Origin: Allosphingosinicella sp. | GTDB lineage: Bacteria > Pseudomonadota > Alphaproteobacteria > Sphingomonadales > Sphingomonadaceae | Length of the DNA: 64,000 nucleotides | NCBI GenBank assembly: GCA_035629855.1 | Contig: DASQLT010000070.1 | Location: 1,295 to 65,294 of the forward strand | Direction of reading: 5' to 3' | In this document: positions 54,156 to 64,000 of the stretch, one piece after another | Layout of the letters: every line of letters starts with the position of its first letter | How positions within the stretch are numbered: the first letter of the stretch is position 1 | Made by a program: the position numbers and the translations under genes | Notes under the pieces: generated by a model | Database searches by the model: none | What the model saw: the letters and a program-made list of their open reading frames with translations, nothing else | What the model was told of the DNA's origin: nothing

Positions 54156-55544
54156 TTGATCCGGTTGTTCAAGCATTACGTCCCCCACAGCGTTCTGATG
54201 CTGGGCGTGATCGACTTCCTTATGCTGCTCGCGGCCGGGGAGGCGGGCTGGCTTTTGCGCCTGTGGCAGATCGAGGGCGGAGCCGACCCCGACGTCCAGC
54301 GGCTTCCGCATCTGCTCACCTTCGCGATCGTCCTGCAGCTCGCCATGGTCGGGGTCGGCGCCTACGGGGTCGACGCGCTTCGCTCGATGCGGCTGGCGGC
54401 GGCCCGGCTCATGGTCTCGGTGTCGCTCGGGGTGCTTCTGCTGGCGCTCGTCTTCTTCGTCTTCCCGGCGCTGACCTTCTGGCGCTCGAACCTGCTCTAC
54501 GCGATGGGCTTCGCGCTCGTCCTGCTGTTCGTCGCCCGGCTGGCCTTCGGCCGGGTGCTCGGCCACGAGGCGTTCAAGCGGCGGATCCTCGTCCTCGGCG
54601 CGGGCCCGCGGGCGGCCCGGCTCGAGGCTCTGGCCCGGACCGAGGGCGCGGGCTTCGCCATCGCCGGCTACGTCGGGATGAACGACGGGCCGCAGGCGGT
54701 TGCGAACGCGGTCAACCGCGACGACATCGCCAATCTCTCCGCCCATGTCGTCCGGCTGCGGGTGGCGGAAGTGGTGCTGGCCCTCGAGGAGCGGCGCAAC
54801 GCGCTTCCGCTCGCCGACCTGCTGCGGATCAAGACGACCGGAGTCCATGTCAACGAATTCTCCTCCTTCATCGAGCGCGAGACCGGGCGGGTCGATCTCG
54901 ACAGCGTCAATCCGAGCTGGTTGATCTTTTCCGACGGCTTCTCGTCGGGGCGGCGGCTGTCGGCGGCGGGCAAGAGGCTGTTCGACATCATCGTCTCGGG
55001 CCTGATCCTCTTTCTCTTCGCGCCGCTCATCCTCCTGACCGCGCTCGCGGTGAAGCTGGAGAGCAAGGGGCCCGCTTTCTTCCGCCAGCGCCGGGTCGGC
55101 CTCTACGGGGAGAGCTTCGAGCTGGTGAAGCTTCGCTCGATGCGCGAGGATGCGGAGGTCGGCGGCAAGGCGGTCTGGGCGCAGAAGGACGATCCGCGGG
55201 TGACCCGGGTCGGCTCGGTCATCCGCAAGCTGAGGATCGACGAGCTTCCCCAGGCCTGGACCGTCCTGACCGGCCGGATGAGCCTGGTCGGCCCCCGGCC
55301 CGAACGCCCGCAATTCGTCGCCGATCTCGAGGCCCGGCTGCCTTATTATGCCGAGCGCCACGTCGTGAAGCCGGGAATCACCGGCTGGGCCCAGATCAAC
55401 TTCCCCTACGGCGCAAGCGTCGAGGACGCGAGGCAGAAGCTCGAGTTCGACCTTTACTATGCCAAAAATTACACCCCTTTCTTGGACCTCCTGATCCTCC
55501 TTCAAACGGTTCGGGTGGTTCTGTTTCCGGAGGGGGCGCGGTGA
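54156..55544 (+). CDS. PEP-CTERM/exosortase-system-associated polyprenyl-phosphate sugar transferase (TIGR03013-like)
   Basis: Family-typical N-terminus MIRLFKHY (TTG start). C-terminal bacterial sugar-transferase domain [24 protein letters not shown]...GITGWAQI. Confidence 0.8.
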   Translation: MIRLFKHYVPHSVLMLGVIDFLMLLAAGEAGWLLRLWQIEGGADPDVQRLPHLLTFAIVLQLAMVGVGAYGVDALRSMRLAAARLMVSVSLGVLLLALVFFVFPALTFWRSNLLYAMGFALVLLFVARLAFGRVLGHEAFKRRILVLGAGPRAARLEALARTEGAGFAIAGYVGMNDGPQAVANAVNRDDIANLSAHVVRLRVAEVVLALEERRNALPLADLLRIKTTGVHVNEFSSFIERETGRVDLDSVNPSWLIFSDGFSSGRRLSAAGKRLFDIIVSGLILFLFAPLILLTALAVKLESKGPAFFRQRRVGLYGESFELVKLRSMREDAEVGGKAVWAQKDDPRVTRVGSVIRKLRIDELPQAWTVLTGRMSLVGPRPERPQFVADLEARLPYYAERHVVKPGITGWAQINFPYGASVEDARQKLEFDLYYAKNYTPFLDLLILLQTVRVVLFPEGAR

Positions 55545-57601
55545 TCGTCCTGCTCGGTTTTTGGACTCATGCGCTCGCTGCCCTGCTCTACGGGGCGCTG
55601 GCCCTGTGGCAGCTGCGGCGTTGGAACGAGGACCGCGGCAACCGCCGCCTCGTCGCCGCCTTCGCGATCACGTCCGCCTGGGCGATCTTCATCGCGCTTC
55701 AGGGGCCGCACAGCCTCGGCGCCGGAATCGTGGAAGCGGCGCGCAACTTCGCCTTCCTGGGCTTCATGTACGCGATCGTCGGCCGGGCGGCGGACGAGCG
55801 CGGGCAGCAGGGGGTCAAGCTTCTCTACACGGTGGTCGCCGGGGTGATCGGGCTCCAGCTCACCCTGGCCGGAGTGACCCCGCAATTCGCCGGCAACCCT
55901 GCCCTCTACGACGCGCTTACCTCTACGTTCCAGGTGATCGGGCTCACCCTGGCCGCCGGGGCCCTGGTCCTCGTCCACAATCTCTACGGCCAGGCGGCGC
56001 ACGAGAGCCGCTGGGGCCTGAGGCTGCCGACGATCGCGCTCGCCGGCCTGTGGGCCTACGATCTTCATCTCTACACGGTCGGCTGGCTGACCCGGGGCCC
56101 GGTCGACGACCTCTATGCGATGCGCGGCGCCGTCCTCGCGATGCTCGTGCCCTTGTTCGCCCTCGCCAGCCGCCGCAACGCCGGCTGGCGGATGCAATTG
56201 TCGCGGGCCGCCACCTTCCAGTCGCTGTCCCTGATCGCCATCCTCGGCTACCTCATCCTCATGATGACCGCGAGCCGGGCGCTCGAGGTGGTGGGCGGCG
56301 ACTGGGTCCGGATCGGGCAGGTCGGCCTGGTCTTCGCGATCACCGTCGCGGCCGTGATCCTTCTGCCTTCCGGGCGGATGCGGGCCTGGTCGAGGGTGAT
56401 CGTCGCCAAGCATTTCTTCGAGCATCGCTACGATTACCGCGAGGAATGGCTTCGCTTCACCCGAACCGTCGGCGGCGACGCACCGCTCGGCGAACGGATC
56501 ATCAAGGCGATCGCCGACATCGCCGAATCGCCGTCGGGCCTCCTGCTGGTTCCGGAAGGGGGGCGGTTGAGCGTCGCCGCGCGGTGGAACTGGCGCGACG
56601 ACCTGCCCCAGCCCAGCACCGACGACGCGATCCTGATCTCCTTCCTCGAGAAGAGCGGCCACGTCGTCGATTTCACGGGTCTGCGCGGAAGGCTCCGGAC
56701 GGACGAAGCGCAGGTGCCGGCGGCGCTGGCCGGACTGGACGGACTGTGGGCCGGGGTTCCACTGATCCACGGCGACCGCCTGGTCGGGCTGGTCCTGCTC
56801 GAGCATCCGCTCGTCCGGCGACCGCTGGACTGGGAGGATTTCGACCTGTTCCGGACGGTCGGGATCCAGGCGGCCAGCTACCTTGCCGAAGCGCACACCC
56901 AGGACGCGCTGGCCGATGCCCGGCGGTTCGATGAATTCAACCGGCGCTTCGCCTTCATCATCCACGACATCAAGAATCTGGTCAGCCAGCTCAGCCTGGT
57001 GGTTCGGAATGCGGAGCGGCACGCCGACAAGCCGGAGTTTCGCGAGGACATGATCGCGACCCTGGAGAGTTCGGTCAAAAAGATGAACGACCTGCTCGCC
57101 CGCCTCCATCGCGGCGGCGCCAACGTCGAGTCGGAGCCGGTGCGGGCAATCCCGCTCCGGCAGGCGGTCGCGGCGGTGGCCGGGGTCAAGAACCGGGTCC
57201 ACCCGGTCGAGGTCGAAGGCGACCCGGCGGTCGCGGCGGTGGCCGATCCGGTCCGGCTCGAGCAGGCGCTCGCCCATCTCGTCCAAAATGCGATCGACGC
57301 CAGCCCGAGCGGGGCCATTGTCCGGATTGGCTGCGGCCGGCGGGGCGGCGAGGCGACGATCGAGATCGCCGACCGCGGCGAAGGCATGTCGGCCGACTTC
57401 ATCCGGACCCGTCTCTTCCAGCCTTTCGCCTCGACCAAGGAGACCGGCTTCGGAGTCGGCGCCTTCGAGGCGCGAAGCCTGATCGCGGCCATGGGCGGGC
57501 GGATCGAGGTCGACAGCCGCGAAGGCGAGGGCAGTCGATTCACTGTGTTCCTACCGCTGGGCGAGACCGGCGGATTCGAGATCGGACGGTTGCGGGCATG
57601 A
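55541..57601 (+). CDS. prsK: PEP-CTERM system histidine kinase
   Basis: Polytopic N-terminal half, a GAF-like region, H-box FIIHDIKNLVSQLS and an ATPase domain with GFGVGAFEARS. GTG start overlaps the upstream stop (GTGA). Confidence 0.8.
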   Translation: MIVLLGFWTHALAALLYGALALWQLRRWNEDRGNRRLVAAFAITSAWAIFIALQGPHSLGAGIVEAARNFAFLGFMYAIVGRAADERGQQGVKLLYTVVAGVIGLQLTLAGVTPQFAGNPALYDALTSTFQVIGLTLAAGALVLVHNLYGQAAHESRWGLRLPTIALAGLWAYDLHLYTVGWLTRGPVDDLYAMRGAVLAMLVPLFALASRRNAGWRMQLSRAATFQSLSLIAILGYLILMMTASRALEVVGGDWVRIGQVGLVFAITVAAVILLPSGRMRAWSRVIVAKHFFEHRYDYREEWLRFTRTVGGDAPLGERIIKAIADIAESPSGLLLVPEGGRLSVAARWNWRDDLPQPSTDDAILISFLEKSGHVVDFTGLRGRLRTDEAQVPAALAGLDGLWAGVPLIHGDRLVGLVLLEHPLVRRPLDWEDFDLFRTVGIQAASYLAEAHTQDALADARRFDEFNRRFAFIIHDIKNLVSQLSLVVRNAERHADKPEFREDMIATLESSVKKMNDLLARLHRGGANVESEPVRAIPLRQAVAAVAGVKNRVHPVEVEGDPAVAAVADPVRLEQALAHLVQNAIDASPSGAIVRIGCGRRGGEATIEIADRGEGMSADFIRTRLFQPFASTKETGFGVGAFEARSLIAAMGGRIEVDSREGEGSRFTVFLPLGETGGFEIGRLRA

Positions 57602-58962
57602 GCGTGGATACCAGGGCGAAACTGCTGATCGTCGAGGACGACGAGGGGCTTCAGCGGCAGCTCCGCTGGGCGTATGACGATTACCAAGTGCTGGTCGCCT
57701 CCAACCGCGACTCCGCGATCAACCTGTTGCGGTCCGAGGAGCCGCCGGTCGTCACGCTCGACCTCGGCCTTCCGCCCGATCCCAACGGAGTCACCGAAGG
57801 CTTCGCGACCCTCGAGACGATCCTCTCATTGAAGCCCGAGACCAAGGTGATCGTCGCGTCCGGGCACGGCGCCCGCGAGAGCGCGTTGCGGGCAATCGCG
57901 TCTGGCGCCTATGATTTCTACCAGAAACCGGTCGACATCGACCAGCTCGGTCTGATCGTTCGCCGCGCCTTTCAGCTTCACGGAATCGAGACGGAGAACC
58001 GCAAGCTCGAAGAACGGGTCGGCGAGGACCAGACGGTGCTCGGAACCATGATCACCTCCGCCCCCGAGATGCTCAAGGTGGCGCGGACGATCGAGCGGGT
58101 CGCCAATACCGGCGTTTCGGTGATGCTTCTGGGCGCGAGCGGCACCGGCAAGGAGCTGCTCGCCCGGGGCCTTCATCAGGCCAGCAACCGCGCCGGCGGC
58201 GGCTTCGTGGCGATCAACTGCGCGGCCATTCCGGAGAATCTGCTCGAGGCCGAGCTGTTCGGCTACGAGAAGGGCGCCTTCACCGGGGCCATCAAGACGA
58301 CCGAGGGCAAGATCGAGCTCGCCCATGGCGGAACCCTGTTTCTCGACGAGGTCGGCGACATCCCGCTGCCGCTCCAGGTCAAGCTTCTCCGATTCATCCA
58401 GGAAAGGGTGATCGAGCGGATCGGCGGCCGCAAGCCGATCGCCGTGGACACGAGGATCGTTAGCGCCACCCATCAGGATCTGCCGCAGATGATCCAGGCC
58501 GGCAGCTTCCGGGAGGACCTTTACTACCGCCTGGCCGAGATCGTCGTCCGCATTCCAAGCCTCGCCGAGCGGCACGGCGATTCGGTGCTTCTCGCCAAGC
58601 ATTTCCTTCATCGCTTCGCCCGCGAGATGAATCCGCACGTCAAGGGCTTCAGCCCAGGCGCCCTGGCCGCGATCGACGAATGGCCCTGGCCCGGCAACGT
58701 CCGCGAGCTCGAGAACAGGATGAAGCGGGCCGTCATCATGGCCGACGGCAAGCTTGTGACCGCCGAGGATCTCGACCTCGAGCCCCGGACCGAAGCGGCG
58801 CTTCCGGTCAATCTCAAGTCGGCGCGCGAGTTGGCCGACCGCCGGGCGATCCGCCAGGTGCTGGCGCGGACGGAGAACAATATCTCGAGCTCGGCCAAGC
58901 TGCTCGGAATCAGCCGGCCGACGCTTTACGACCTCATGAAACAATATGATCTGCAGCCGTGA
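57598..58962 (+). CDS. prsR: PEP-CTERM-box sigma-54-dependent response regulator
   Basis: Receiver domain (LLIVEDDEGL...VVTLDLGLPPD), AAA+ core with GASGTGKE and GAFTGA, and a C-terminal HTH. ATGA overlap with prsK. Confidence 0.88.
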   Translation: MSVDTRAKLLIVEDDEGLQRQLRWAYDDYQVLVASNRDSAINLLRSEEPPVVTLDLGLPPDPNGVTEGFATLETILSLKPETKVIVASGHGARESALRAIASGAYDFYQKPVDIDQLGLIVRRAFQLHGIETENRKLEERVGEDQTVLGTMITSAPEMLKVARTIERVANTGVSVMLLGASGTGKELLARGLHQASNRAGGGFVAINCAAIPENLLEAELFGYEKGAFTGAIKTTEGKIELAHGGTLFLDEVGDIPLPLQVKLLRFIQERVIERIGGRKPIAVDTRIVSATHQDLPQMIQAGSFREDLYYRLAEIVVRIPSLAERHGDSVLLAKHFLHRFAREMNPHVKGFSPGALAAIDEWPWPGNVRELENRMKRAVIMADGKLVTAEDLDLEPRTEAALPVNLKSARELADRRAIRQVLARTENNISSSAKLLGISRPTLYDLMKQYDLQP

Positions 58963-60884
58963 GCGCCCGCTTCGCCTTGATCGCCCTGTTACTGGTCGGC
59001 GCCTCGGGCTGCTCCGGCCCGGGGCCGGAATCGGCCGACCAAGCCTATAAGCGCGGGCTGCAGGCTTTGGCCCAGGGGCAGCCGCGGACGGCGCGCATCG
59101 AGTTCCTGAACGCGATCGAGGCGGCGCCCGACAACAAGGTTCTTCGGCTTGCCCAGGCCCGCACCTATCTTCTGCTCGGCGACGGCGCCGCGGCCGAGGC
59201 CGAGCTCAAGCGGGCGAAGGCGCTCGGAATGGCCGACAGCGAAACCGGCCATCTGCTCGCGCACGCCCTGCTCCTCCAGGGGCAGGCGGAGGGCGCCGCC
59301 AAGGCGGCTTTGAAGGCCGGCCCCGCTTACGCGGCTTATGCGGACCGGATGCTGGGCCGGGCCTTCCAGCTGACCGGCAAGCTCGAGGAGGCCGCGGCGG
59401 CCTTCGACCGCGCCCTGGCGGCGGCTCCGAACGATTCGGGATTGTGGACCGACATCGCCGACTTCCGCCGCGCCACCGGCGAAACGGCCGGGGCCATCGC
59501 GGCCGCCGACCGCGCCGTCGCGCTCGGGCCTCGCAACGTCGAGGCGCTGAGGCTGCGCGGAGAGCTCACCCGAAGCCAATACGGCCTGTCGGCGGCCATG
59601 CCCTGGTTCGACCGAGCGCTCGAGATCGATCCCGCGAACCTCGCCGCCCTGATCGAGCGCGCCGCCACCCTGGGCGATCTGGGCCGGACCCGAGCGATGC
59701 TGGCCGACACCAGGCGGATCCTCGGCGTCTCTTCGAACAACCCGTCCGCTTATTATCTTCAGGCCATGCTCGCCGCCCGCGGCCGCGACTACGCGCTGGC
59801 CCGAAGCCTCTACCGGCGCACCGGCGGCGCTTTCGACAATCGTCCGGCGGCGATGCTTCTCGCCGGTACGATCGAGCTCGATACCGGCAATGCGTCGCTG
59901 GCCATGGGGCCTCTGAAGCGATTGCTGAAGGCGCAGCCCGGCAATATCAAGGCCCGGCGCCTGCTCGGCTCGGCCCAATGGCAAAGCGGGGACGCAAGGG
60001 CCGCGATCGGAACGCTTCGGCCGCTCGCCGATCGTGCCGATGCGGACGCCTATACCCTCAGCATCATCGGCAAGGCTTTCGCCCGGCTCGGCGACGAGGC
60101 CGCGGCGGCGGGCTATCTCGGCCGGGCCTCCGCGCCGCGTCCTTCCGCCATCGCTCCGCTCGACGATCTCGTCGGCGACGGCCAGCTTGCGGCCATACGC
60201 CGCGACGCCGAAGCCTGGCCCGACGCCGCGGCGCCCCAGGTCGTCCTCATCCGCGCCCTGCTCGGCCGCGGGCTCGGACCCGAGGCGCTGCAGCGGGCGC
60301 GCCAGCTCCAGGCCGCGGCTCCGGGCGCTCCCGACGCCCACGTCCTCGTCGGCGATGCGCTTGCGATTCAGGGCGATTATGCCGCCGCCGCCGGCGCCTA
60401 CCGCCGGGCCGCGAACCTCGCCTTCAACGAGCCGGTGGCGCTTCGCCTGGTCGAGGCGCTTCGCAATTCGGGAGACGACCAGGGGGCTTCGAAAGTGCTG
60501 ACCCTCTTCCTTCAGCAGAATCCGCAGAACGTTTCCGCTCAGACCATGGCCGCGAACGCCTATCTGCAGGCGAAGAGCTGGCCGGAAGCGATCGCGCTCT
60601 ACGAAGGGGTGCGCAGGCGCCTCGGCGACAATGACGCGACTTTGCTGAACAACCTGGCCTGGGCCTATGCCGAGACCGGCGATTACGACCGGGCGCTCCC
60701 GATCGCCCGCCGCGCCTGGGCGCTCGATCCGCACAACCCGGTGACCGCGGATACCTTGGGCTGGCTGCTGTTCAGGAGCGGCAAGGACCGGGTGCGGGGC
60801 GTCGCCTTGCTCGAGCAGGCCGCCCGCGGAGCGCCGACCGACGAGGAGATACGGGCGCATCTGAGGCACGCTCGGGGGGCGTAG
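58959..60884 (+). CDS. prsT: PEP-CTERM system TPR-repeat lipoprotein
   Basis: Lipobox LVGASGC and TPR repeats throughout. GTGA overlap with prsR. Confidence 0.75.
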   Translation: MSARFALIALLLVGASGCSGPGPESADQAYKRGLQALAQGQPRTARIEFLNAIEAAPDNKVLRLAQARTYLLLGDGAAAEAELKRAKALGMADSETGHLLAHALLLQGQAEGAAKAALKAGPAYAAYADRMLGRAFQLTGKLEEAAAAFDRALAAAPNDSGLWTDIADFRRATGETAGAIAAADRAVALGPRNVEALRLRGELTRSQYGLSAAMPWFDRALEIDPANLAALIERAATLGDLGRTRAMLADTRRILGVSSNNPSAYYLQAMLAARGRDYALARSLYRRTGGAFDNRPAAMLLAGTIELDTGNASLAMGPLKRLLKAQPGNIKARRLLGSAQWQSGDARAAIGTLRPLADRADADAYTLSIIGKAFARLGDEAAAAGYLGRASAPRPSAIAPLDDLVGDGQLAAIRRDAEAWPDAAAPQVVLIRALLGRGLGPEALQRARQLQAAAPGAPDAHVLVGDALAIQGDYAAAAGAYRRAANLAFNEPVALRLVEALRNSGDDQGASKVLTLFLQQNPQNVSAQTMAANAYLQAKSWPEAIALYEGVRRRLGDNDATLLNNLAWAYAETGDYDRALPIARRAWALDPHNPVTADTLGWLLFRSGKDRVRGVALLEQAARGAPTDEEIRAHLRHARGA

Positions 60885-60890
60885 CTAACT

Positions 60891-61028
60891 CATCCTCCCT
60901 GCCGCGAAGCGGTGGGGAGGGGGACCGCCCGAAGGGTGGTGGAGGGGTAGCTGGCGGAAGCCTCGCCAATTACCCCTCCACCATGCTTCGCATGGTCCCC
61001 CTCCCCATCGCTGCGCGCTGGGGAGGAT
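60891..61028. repeat. REP-like palindromic element, family E (CCTCCCTGCCGCGAAGCGGTGGGGAGGGGGACC.CCCGAAGGGTGGTGGAGGGG ... CCCCTCCACCATGCTTCGCATGGTCC.CCTCCCCAT)
   Basis: Read directly. Its twin is at 62753-62917. Confidence 0.9.
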
Positions 61029-61089
61029 AATGGCGGACCTTGCCCAAAGCCGCCGACGATGTAGAGGCGACAAGACGCTCTCAGGGGGA

Positions 61090-62733
61090 ATGCTCATGAA
61101 ACTGGCCAGGCTCGCCGCTTTGCTCGCCCTTCCTCTCGCCGCCGCCGCGGCCCACTCGGCGGAACGGCCGAAGCTGATCGTCGCCATCTCCGTCGACCAA
61201 TTCTCGGCCGACCTGTTCGGCCAGTATCGCCGGCATTTCGACGGCGGCCTCCGGCGCCTTTCGGAAGGGGTCGTGTTCCCGAACGGCTATCAGGGCCATA
61301 ACGCCACGGAGACCTGCCCGGGTCATTCGACCATCCTCACCGGCTCGCGGCCGGCGCGGACCGGAATCATCGCCAACAATTGGTTCAACCTCGGCCTGCC
61401 GCGCGAGGACAAGGGGGTCTATTGCTCCGAGGATCCGCGGGTTCCGGGCAGCAGCTCCAAGGGCGGCCAGTACACCGTGTCCTCCTACCATCTGAAGGTG
61501 CCCGCGCTCGGCGATCATATGAAGCGCTCCAACCCCGCCAGCCGGGTCGCCGTGGTCTCGGGCAAGGACCGCGCCGCGATCATGATGGGGGGCTATCGTC
61601 CCGACGAGCGCTGGTGGTGGGATCACGACGCCAAGGCCTTCGTCAATCCCGGCGCGCCCGCGACTCCGCGGGCGGTCGCTTCGGCCAATGACGGGGTGAA
61701 GGACTTGCTTTCCCGGGCCCGACCCGCCCGGGACCTTCCCCGCCTCTGCGAGCCGCACAGCCGGGCGATCCCGGTGGCGGGCGGCGGCAAGCCGGTGGGG
61801 ACCGGTCGCTTCGCGCGCGAGGCGGACGACAAGAACGGCTTCCGCGCCTCGCCCGAGTTCGACCGGGCCGTCCTCGGCATGGGTGAAGCGCTTCGGCGCG
61901 AGATGAAGCTCGGCGAGGGCTCGGCGACCGACCTGCTCATCCTCGGACTTTCCGCCACCGACTATGTCGGCCACACCTTCGGGACCCAGGGCAGCGAGAT
62001 GTGCATCCAGCTGATGGCGCTGGACGAGGCGCTGGGCGGCTTCTTCCGCGACCTCGACGCGACCGGGATCGACTATCTGGTCATGCTCACCGCCGACCAT
62101 GGCGGCCACGACATTCCCGAGCGCCACCGCGAGCATTCCGCCGGCGACGCGGTCCGGGTCGATCCGGCGCTCAACCCCGGGATCATGGCCAAGTCGCTCG
62201 CTTCGAGGCTGAGGCTGAAAGGCGATCTGCTCTACGGCGACGGCGCGTTCGGCGACATGTATGTCGACCGCAAGCTGACCGTGGCCCAGCGGGCCCGGGT
62301 GCTTCGCGAAGCGGTGGCGACCTACCGGCGCCACCCGCAGGTGGCGGCCGTGTTCACCAAGGCCGAGCTCGCGGCGGCGCCGGGACCTTCCGGGCCGCCC
62401 GACACCTGGAGCCTGATCCAGCGCGCCAAGGCCAGCTTCGACCCCGAGCGCTCGGGCGATTTCATCGTGCTCCTGAAGCCGCGCGTGACTCCGATCGCCG
62501 ACACGAGCCGAGGCTATGTCTCCACCCACGGCAGCCCCTGGGATTACGATCGCAAGGTGCCGATCCTGTTTTGGCGCAAGGGAATGACTCCGTTCGAGCA
62601 GTCGCTGGCGGTGGAGACGGCGGACATTTTGCCGACATTGGCGGCGACGATCGGGGTGACGATCCCGATGGGGTCGATCGACGGGCGGTGCCTGGATCTT
62701 GACGAGGGGCCGAGGACGAGCTGCGTGCGATAG
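61090..62733 (+). CDS. secreted alkaline-phosphatase-superfamily phosphodiesterase/nucleotide pyrophosphatase-like protein
   Basis: Signal peptide. SVDQFSAD, ETCPGHSTILTG, TGIIANNWF and LTADHGGHD metal-site motifs. Confidence 0.8.
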   Translation: MLMKLARLAALLALPLAAAAAHSAERPKLIVAISVDQFSADLFGQYRRHFDGGLRRLSEGVVFPNGYQGHNATETCPGHSTILTGSRPARTGIIANNWFNLGLPREDKGVYCSEDPRVPGSSSKGGQYTVSSYHLKVPALGDHMKRSNPASRVAVVSGKDRAAIMMGGYRPDERWWWDHDAKAFVNPGAPATPRAVASANDGVKDLLSRARPARDLPRLCEPHSRAIPVAGGGKPVGTGRFAREADDKNGFRASPEFDRAVLGMGEALRREMKLGEGSATDLLILGLSATDYVGHTFGTQGSEMCIQLMALDEALGGFFRDLDATGIDYLVMLTADHGGHDIPERHREHSAGDAVRVDPALNPGIMAKSLASRLRLKGDLLYGDGAFGDMYVDRKLTVAQRARVLREAVATYRRHPQVAAVFTKAELAAAPGPSGPPDTWSLIQRAKASFDPERSGDFIVLLKPRVTPIADTSRGYVSTHGSPWDYDRKVPILFWRKGMTPFEQSLAVETADILPTLAATIGVTIPMGSIDGRCLDLDEGPRTSCVR

Positions 62734-62752
62734 GGGCGGCGGCGCGGACCTT

Positions 62753-62917
62753 TGCCTCCCTGCCACGAAGCGGTGGGGAGGGGGACCACCCGAAGGGTGG
62801 TGGAGGGGTAATTGGCGCAGGCCCGATGGGTTCGCGCGCGAACTGCGGCTTCCGCGCTTTCCACCCCTCCACCATGCTTCGCATGGTCCTCCTCCCCATG
62901 CTGCGCATGGGGAGGCA
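62753..62917. repeat. REP-like palindromic element, family E
   Basis: The left ~60 nt are almost identical to E1. Same orientation. Confidence 0.9.
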
Positions 62918-62919
62918 AA

Positions 62920-64000
62920 TCAGCCCGCCAATGCTTCCGCCTTCTCCGCCAGCTCCAGCCACCTTTCCTCCGCCGAGTCCCGCTCCGCCCGCGCCTCGTC
63001 GATCGCGGCGGTCAGCGATTCGAAGCGTTTCGGGTCCCGCGTGTAGAGATCGGGATCGTGAAGCGCCGCCTCGTCGCGGACGATCTGCGCCTCCAGCGCA
63101 TGGATCCGGTCGGGGAGGAGGTCGTAGTCGCGCTGATCCTTGTAGGTGAGCTTGGTCTGGACCTTGGGCGCGGCGGGCGCGGGCCTGGCCTGCGAGGAGG
63201 CCTTCGCCGCGGCCGGCGGCGCGCGCCTTTTCTGCCAATCCTCATAGCCGCCGGCGACGATGTCGACCTTGCCCGAGCCGTCGAGGCCGAGCGTGATGGT
63301 GACGGTGTTGTCGAGGAAGTCGCGGTCGTGGCTGACGATGAGGACGGTGCCGTCGTAATCGGCGATCACTTCCTGCAGTAGGTCGAGGGTCTCCAGATCG
63401 AGGTCGTTGGTCGGCTCGTCGAGCACGAGCAGGTTCGAGCGGCGGGCGAACTCGCGGGCGAGGAGCAGTCGCGAGCGCTCGCCGCCGGAAAGCGTGCCGA
63501 TCTTCGCGTCGACCAAATTCGGCTCGAACAGGAATTCCTTGAGATAGCCCTGGACGTGCTTCTTGTGACCCCGGACCTCGATCCAGTCGCCGCCGTCGGC
63601 GAGGATGTCGCGGACGCTCTTGTCGGGGTCGAGCAGGCGGCGCTGCTGGTCGATCATGATCCCCTGCAGGGTCTTGGCACGGGCGATCCGGCCCTCGTCC
63701 GGCTCGATCTCCCCGGTCAGAAGCCTGAGCAAAGTGGTCTTGCCGGTGCCGTTGGCGCCGACGACCCCGATCCGGTCGCCACGCTGGATGCGCAGGGTGA
63801 AGTCGCGGATGATGGCGCGGTCCGCGAAGCTCTTCGCGACCTTCTGGGCGTCGATCACCATCTTGGTCTTCACGTCGTCATTCTCGAGGCCGAGCTTCGC
63901 GGCGCCGGCGGGGCCGAGCATGGACGCGCGCGCCGCGCGCATGTCGTGGAGCTTGGCGAGGCGGCCCTGGTTGCGCTTGCGGCGGGCGGTGACTCCGCGC
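62920..64000 (-). CDS. ABC-F family ATPase (Uup-like), C-terminal part; runs off the right edge
   Basis: Second ABC cassette GANGTGKTT...LSGGERSRLLLA...LVLDEPTNDLD, followed by a Lys/Ala linker and a C-terminal coiled-coil DNA-binding-type tail. Confidence 0.9.
   Translation of the reverse strand, partial: RGVTARRKRNQGRLAKLHDMRAARASMLGPAGAAKLGLENDDVKTKMVIDAQKVAKSFADRAIIRDFTLRIQRGDRIGVVGANGTGKTTLLRLLTGEIEPDEGRIARAKTLQGIMIDQQRRLLDPDKSVRDILADGGDWIEVRGHKKHVQGYLKEFLFEPNLVDAKIGTLSGGERSRLLLAREFARRSNLLVLDEPTNDLDLETLDLLQEVIADYDGTVLIVSHDRDFLDNTVTITLGLDGSGKVDIVAGGYEDWQKRRAPPAAAKASSQARPAPAAPKVQTKLTYKDQRDYDLLPDRIHALEAQIVRDEAALHDPDLYTRDPKRFESLTAAIDEARAERDSAEERWLELAEKAEALAG

Noticed and set aside
54263-55540. 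N-terminal 426 codons of the 1112-aa ORF 54263-57601.
   Set aside because: This part is out of frame over the sugar-transferase gene and has shadow-ORF composition. PrsK-like sequence begins at the GTG at 55541, which overlaps the transferase stop.

Overview
High-GC alphaproteobacterial chromosome segment, probably sphingomonad judging by the repeat families (inference). I call about 60 protein genes, one tRNA-Thr(UGU) and no rRNA or CRISPR. Five families of REP-like palindromic repeats fill many intergenic gaps.

Gene content, left to right:
- A frame-broken haloperoxidase-like gene and katE.
- A divergent desaturase / ArsR pair, then tgt and a SleB-like hydrolase.
- A seven-gene minus-strand aryl-CoA catabolic operon (CoA ligase, RidA, ACAD, crotonase, SDR, salicylyl-CoA-hydroxylase-like flavoenzyme). 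It is interrupted by a REP-flanked DUF559 endonuclease gene.
- A FecR / TPR / CHASE2-cyclase module, an OmpA-like protein and a DedA protein.
- An orphan RTX serralysin, then NDUFA12-like / DUF2155 / aat / arsC and a di-haem cytochrome.
- The conserved accC-accB-aroQ and thiS-thiG clusters, then PadR, rarA, a serine hydrolase and YjbR.
- A tRNA-Thr followed by a LuxR / P450 / LuxI / PhyH quorum-sensing locus.
- An aldo-keto reductase, a ManC-like enzyme and an L,D-transpeptidase.
- An SOS-box-associated pair including an SRAP peptidase with a tandemly duplicated 3-prime end.
- The PEP-CTERM regulatory operon (sugar transferase-prsK-prsR-prsT), a REP-flanked AlkP-family phosphodiesterase and a partial ABC-F ATPase.

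The stand-out is a 2.4-kb low-GC insertion at 28961-31398, between the haem-protein locus and accC. It encodes a TIR-wHTH protein translationally coupled (TGATG) to a RelA/SpoT-like nucleotide pyrophosphokinase. A convergent, 3-prime-overlapping MNT-type nucleotidyltransferase with a possible HEPN-like Rx4H motif faces them. I know of no named defence system with this gene combination, so I rank it as the best candidate for a new anti-phage or abortive-infection module.

Other points worth a second look:
- A perfect EcfG-type promoter followed by a strong terminator (candidate stress sRNA or attenuator).
- A GAAC-N7-GAAC SOS box.
- A twice-occurring 78-bp element with 23-bp inverted repeats.
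- A candidate lux box.
- Phased CTGTCA repeats.

All calls rest on reading the sequence and ORF translations by eye. No database search was run.
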